DNA of 64,000 nucleotides from Octopus vulgaris (lineage: Eukaryota): contig OX597817.1 of NCBI GenBank assembly GCA_951406725.2, positions 130,200,001-130,264,000 of the forward strand, written 5' to 3'. Positions 62,147 through 64,000 of the stretch are shown here, one piece after another. The notes beneath the pieces are model-generated. The model made no database searches, was not told the origin of the DNA, and saw only the letters and a program-made list of their open reading frames with translations. The translations under genes and the position numbers were made by a program. Numbering within the stretch: position 1 is the first letter of the stretch; each line of letters opens with the position of its first letter.

Positions 62147-62868
62147 AATAATTCAAAGAAAACTGAGAATACATACACAGAATAATCAATTCATTTACTA
62201 TCATAGTCCAGTCGAATTAATGAATTCATTCATATTGCCTACGCTGCGTTTCGGTTGATTGCTTTTATCCATATTTACACATTTAAACTGCCTTGTGAAG
62301 CTGCAAAAAGCAATATGCCTTCTCAGTGCAAATTAACTGATATTTTTCATATCCTAACGGATGGAGAGTTTATTCCGATTGAACTGTAGCCTGTGCATTT
62401 TGGGTTCTGTTCTAAAAATAGCTAGATGTTGATTTTGACCTTACTGGGGATGTGATAGACATAGTTCAGAAGAACTAAGTCATGTTATTATTCACTCTTT
62501 TGGCAGTGCCGATTAACCAAGAGTGAATAATAACATGACCTGGTTCTGAACTATGCCTATCCTTTGTCCAGTAAGGTCAAAATCAACCTCTAGCTATTTT
62601 TAGTACAGAATCCAAAACGCACATGCTACAATTCAATCGGAATAAACTCTCTATCCGTTAGGATGTGAAAAATATCAGTCAATTTGATCTGAAGAGGATT
62701 TTGCTTTTTCTCAATTTCATAAGGCACTTTAAATGTGTAAATATGGATAAGAGCAATCAACTGAAACGCAGCGTAGGCAATATGAATGAACTCATTAATT
62801 CAACTGGACTATGATGATAAATGAATTGATTATTCTGTGTATATATTCTCTGTTATCTTTGTATTGTT
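62147..62868. repeat. large imperfect inverted repeat (about 350-bp arms), inverted-pLTR-like
   Basis: 62147-62500 mirrors 62519-62868, e.g. CATATTGCCTACGCTGCGTTTC / GAAACGCAGCGTAGGCAATATG. Confidence 0.9.
62684..62780 (+). ncRNA. long-stem-II hammerhead motif in right arm of the inverted repeat
   Basis: CTGAAGA-G-GATTTTGCTTTT...AAGAGCAATC-AACT-GAAA-CGC a GCG-TA-GGCAA; helix I partly decayed. Confidence 0.5.
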
Positions 62869-62910
62869 ATAAATTGTGTGTGTGTGCGAGCGAGCGAGTT
62901 TAACCATAAG

Positions 62911-62958
62911 AGCCACTGACGAGCATTAATCAAATGCAAAATCACTGATGATCTGGCT
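62911..62958 (+). ncRNA. type I hammerhead motif, core G12>A
   Basis: AGCCA-CTGACGA-GCATT aatca AATGC-AAAA-TCA ctga TGA-TC-TGGCT: three perfect helices, one core mismatch. Confidence 0.7.
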
Positions 62959-63193
62959 ATGCCCCGGATGTAGGGCATTTGTCAGTCAAAATGATAAGTG
63001 CTTTCTATGGCAATGAGTCATTTTGACCCTCATTTCTAGCAATACTGGTACTGATTGGTGTCCTTGCTCACTTTAGTGACGTCTATATTTCTGCCTTTCG
63101 GTTTTAAATTACTGATAAGCCACTTTTACTGTATATGTGCGTATGTGTGTGTATATATATATATGCATATACATATATACATGCATTCATATA

Positions 63194-63253
<60 letters not shown>

Positions 63254-63258
<5 letters not shown>

Positions 63259-64000
63259 TGTAATGCAAGCCATATGCTACAAATGTGTCCCAGAGAGAAA
63301 AGTCACTGTACACAAGAGCAAAATCTCCAGAGAAAGGAAAATTCTAATGAGACGGCGTACAAAAGTTTCAAATCGCCTAAACAAACAAATTGAAAGCAGT
63401 GAAAAGTACCGCCCGAAAATAAAACTGTTGGAAATTGAAAAATGTCTGCAACTCTCCCATGAAAAAGAAAGACCAGACAAAGAAGCCTGGGCTATAGACA
63501 ATATAAAATCTAACCCCAGAGCTTTCTACAGGTATGCCAAAGAAACAGCTACAGTGCACTGTAGGATAGGGCCGCTCCTTGAAAAGGATGGCACACTCAC
63601 AGGAAATCCAATGAGGGTAAGTGAAATACTAAATGAGCAATTCAAGAGTATTTTCACTCCACCCCTAGGGCATTTTCAAGTCAGCAATCCAACTGACTTC
63701 TTTACCACTGTAGATATAAAATCAGAGGCAGCGATGATTGATTACATCAATGTAAAGGAAGACGATGTAATAAAGGCTATTGATGAAATGAAAACAAACT
63801 CAGCTACTGGCCCCGATGGATTCCCAGCAATCCTTCTAAAAGTATGTAAGAGAGCCCTAGCAAGACCACTGCAGTTCCTCTTTCAGAGCTTCCTTGCAGC
63901 TGGCAAACTTCCAGGAAAACTGAAGGAAGGTAAAATATGCCCTATTCATAAAGAAGGTAGCAGAGCGGAGGCCAAGAACTACAGACCTATCTCTCTGACC
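63254..64000 (+). mobile_element. second, 5'-truncated copy of the CR1-group LINE ORF2 (runs off window)
   Basis: Colinear with 45497-46243 with scattered substitutions; begins at a (TA)n tract. Confidence 0.95.

Overview
Eukaryotic, AT-rich, extremely microsatellite-dense non-genic DNA. The repeat content suggests a cephalopod/octopus-type genome; this is inference. I recognise no host protein-coding gene, and almost every ORF in the track is a microsatellite translation artefact. The window is a mosaic of transposable elements. It contains a near-full-length CR1-group LINE (APE+RT ORF2; ORF1 with a Myb/SANT-like N-terminus and a CCCH finger) plus a 5'-truncated second copy. It also contains three Penelope-like (GIY-YIG) fragments, a Tx1/L1 3' fragment, a Dong/R4-like 3' end and six fragments of an RLE-type retrotransposon sitting in (CATA)n tracts. 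Tc1/mariner derivatives, MITEs, a Helitron, a Helentron-like element, several tRNA-derived SINE families and a 6.4-kb in-register (TATG)n-(CACG)n-(TATG)n array are present too. The most notable hidden signal is about a dozen type I hammerhead-ribozyme motifs from several unrelated short modules, mostly bounded by (TA)n and resembling Penelope pLTRs or retrozymes. They include a natural compensatory G3:C8 core variant duplicated head-to-head in a perfect 134-bp-arm palindrome, and one ribozyme split by a Penelope insertion into its stem II. All folds were read by eye and need computational and biochemical confirmation.
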